Shown one piece after another: positions 63,912 through 64,000 of a stretch of 64,000 nucleotides of DNA. Where the stretch lies: NCBI GenBank assembly GCA_026995045.1, contig JALWPK010000042.1, forward strand, positions 12,733-76,732, in the 5' to 3' direction. Positions within the stretch are counted from its first letter, which is position 1. Each line of letters begins with the position of its first letter. The position numbers and the translations under genes are program-made. The DNA comes from Gammaproteobacteria bacterium (GTDB taxonomy: Bacteria; Pseudomonadota; Gammaproteobacteria; SZUA-229). The notes beneath the pieces were generated by a model, which was given only the letters and a program-made list of their open reading frames with translations, had not been told where the DNA came from and ran no database searches.

Positions 63912-64000
63912 TTAACTGCGTTGTGGTGGTATGTCAAGCGTTTTTTTGTGTTGGAACCCTATGCCAGCATACTCATCTTGGTGTCGTTGAATATGACGTT
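63912..64000 (-). CDS. 3' end of an upstream minus-strand gene (partial; identity unknown)
   Basis: My own translation of the minus strand gives the open frame ...RHIQRHQDEYAGIGFQHKKTLDIPPQRS* ending at TAA (63914-63912), 26 nt before a GGAGAA SD and the ATG at 63885. It is too short to identify. Confidence 0.3.
   Translation of the reverse strand, partial: RHIQRHQDEYAGIGFQHKKTLDIPPQRS

Noticed and set aside
1-64000. tRNA/tmRNA genes and integrase/attachment sites (prophage borders).
   Set aside because: I found no T-loop-like GGTTCGAATCC-type motifs in the few intergenic gaps, and no integrase-like ORF in the track. A by-eye scan cannot exclude tRNAs, so tRNAscan-SE/ARAGORN should be run.

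Overview
The window is a contiguous piece of a tailed dsDNA phage or prophage genome with siphovirus-like gene content. No rRNA, tRNA or CRISPR was seen by eye. All family calls rest on motif recognition in the supplied translations or my own; no database search was run.

Layout: two convergent arms meet at an overlapping CTAG stop at 28847-28850.
- Plus arm (2.1-28.9 kb): portal, scaffold, major capsid, head-tail joining genes, large major tail protein, a G/GT-type chaperone pair with an A_AAA_AAC -1 slippery site, tape measure, then three giant paralogous tail proteins (1133, 1157 and 1767 aa).
- Minus arm (64 to 28.8 kb): VWA-metallopeptidase, a 19-bp iteron array, SNF2-like helicase, and a second virion block (fibres, beta-helix protein, GTA g12/g13-like distal-tail and hub proteins). 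It continues with MazG, three tandem paralogs, a roughly 30-repeat protein, a Cas4-like exonuclease and lysozyme. It ends with family A DNA polymerase, dNMP kinase, SNase nuclease, PyrF, an HslV-like peptidase, an HTH-metallophosphoesterase, a sigma factor, primase-helicase and large terminase.
- Left edge: a class II ribonucleotide reductase on the minus strand. It is absent from the ORF track because it has no stop inside the window.

Headline observation: four co-oriented copies (5688-5805, 17834-18062, 30500-30728, 40966-41222) of a cassette derived from the 3' end of an IS200/IS605-type tnpB gene, the segment that encodes the omega-RNA scaffold. Each copy ends exactly at the ATG of a phage gene: a post-capsid gene, a virion gene, the large terminase and the DNA polymerase. 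The longer copies carry a consensus or near-consensus sigma70 promoter inside the dead TnpB codons. One helix shows compensatory base changes. No full-length tnpB or tnpA is present in the window.
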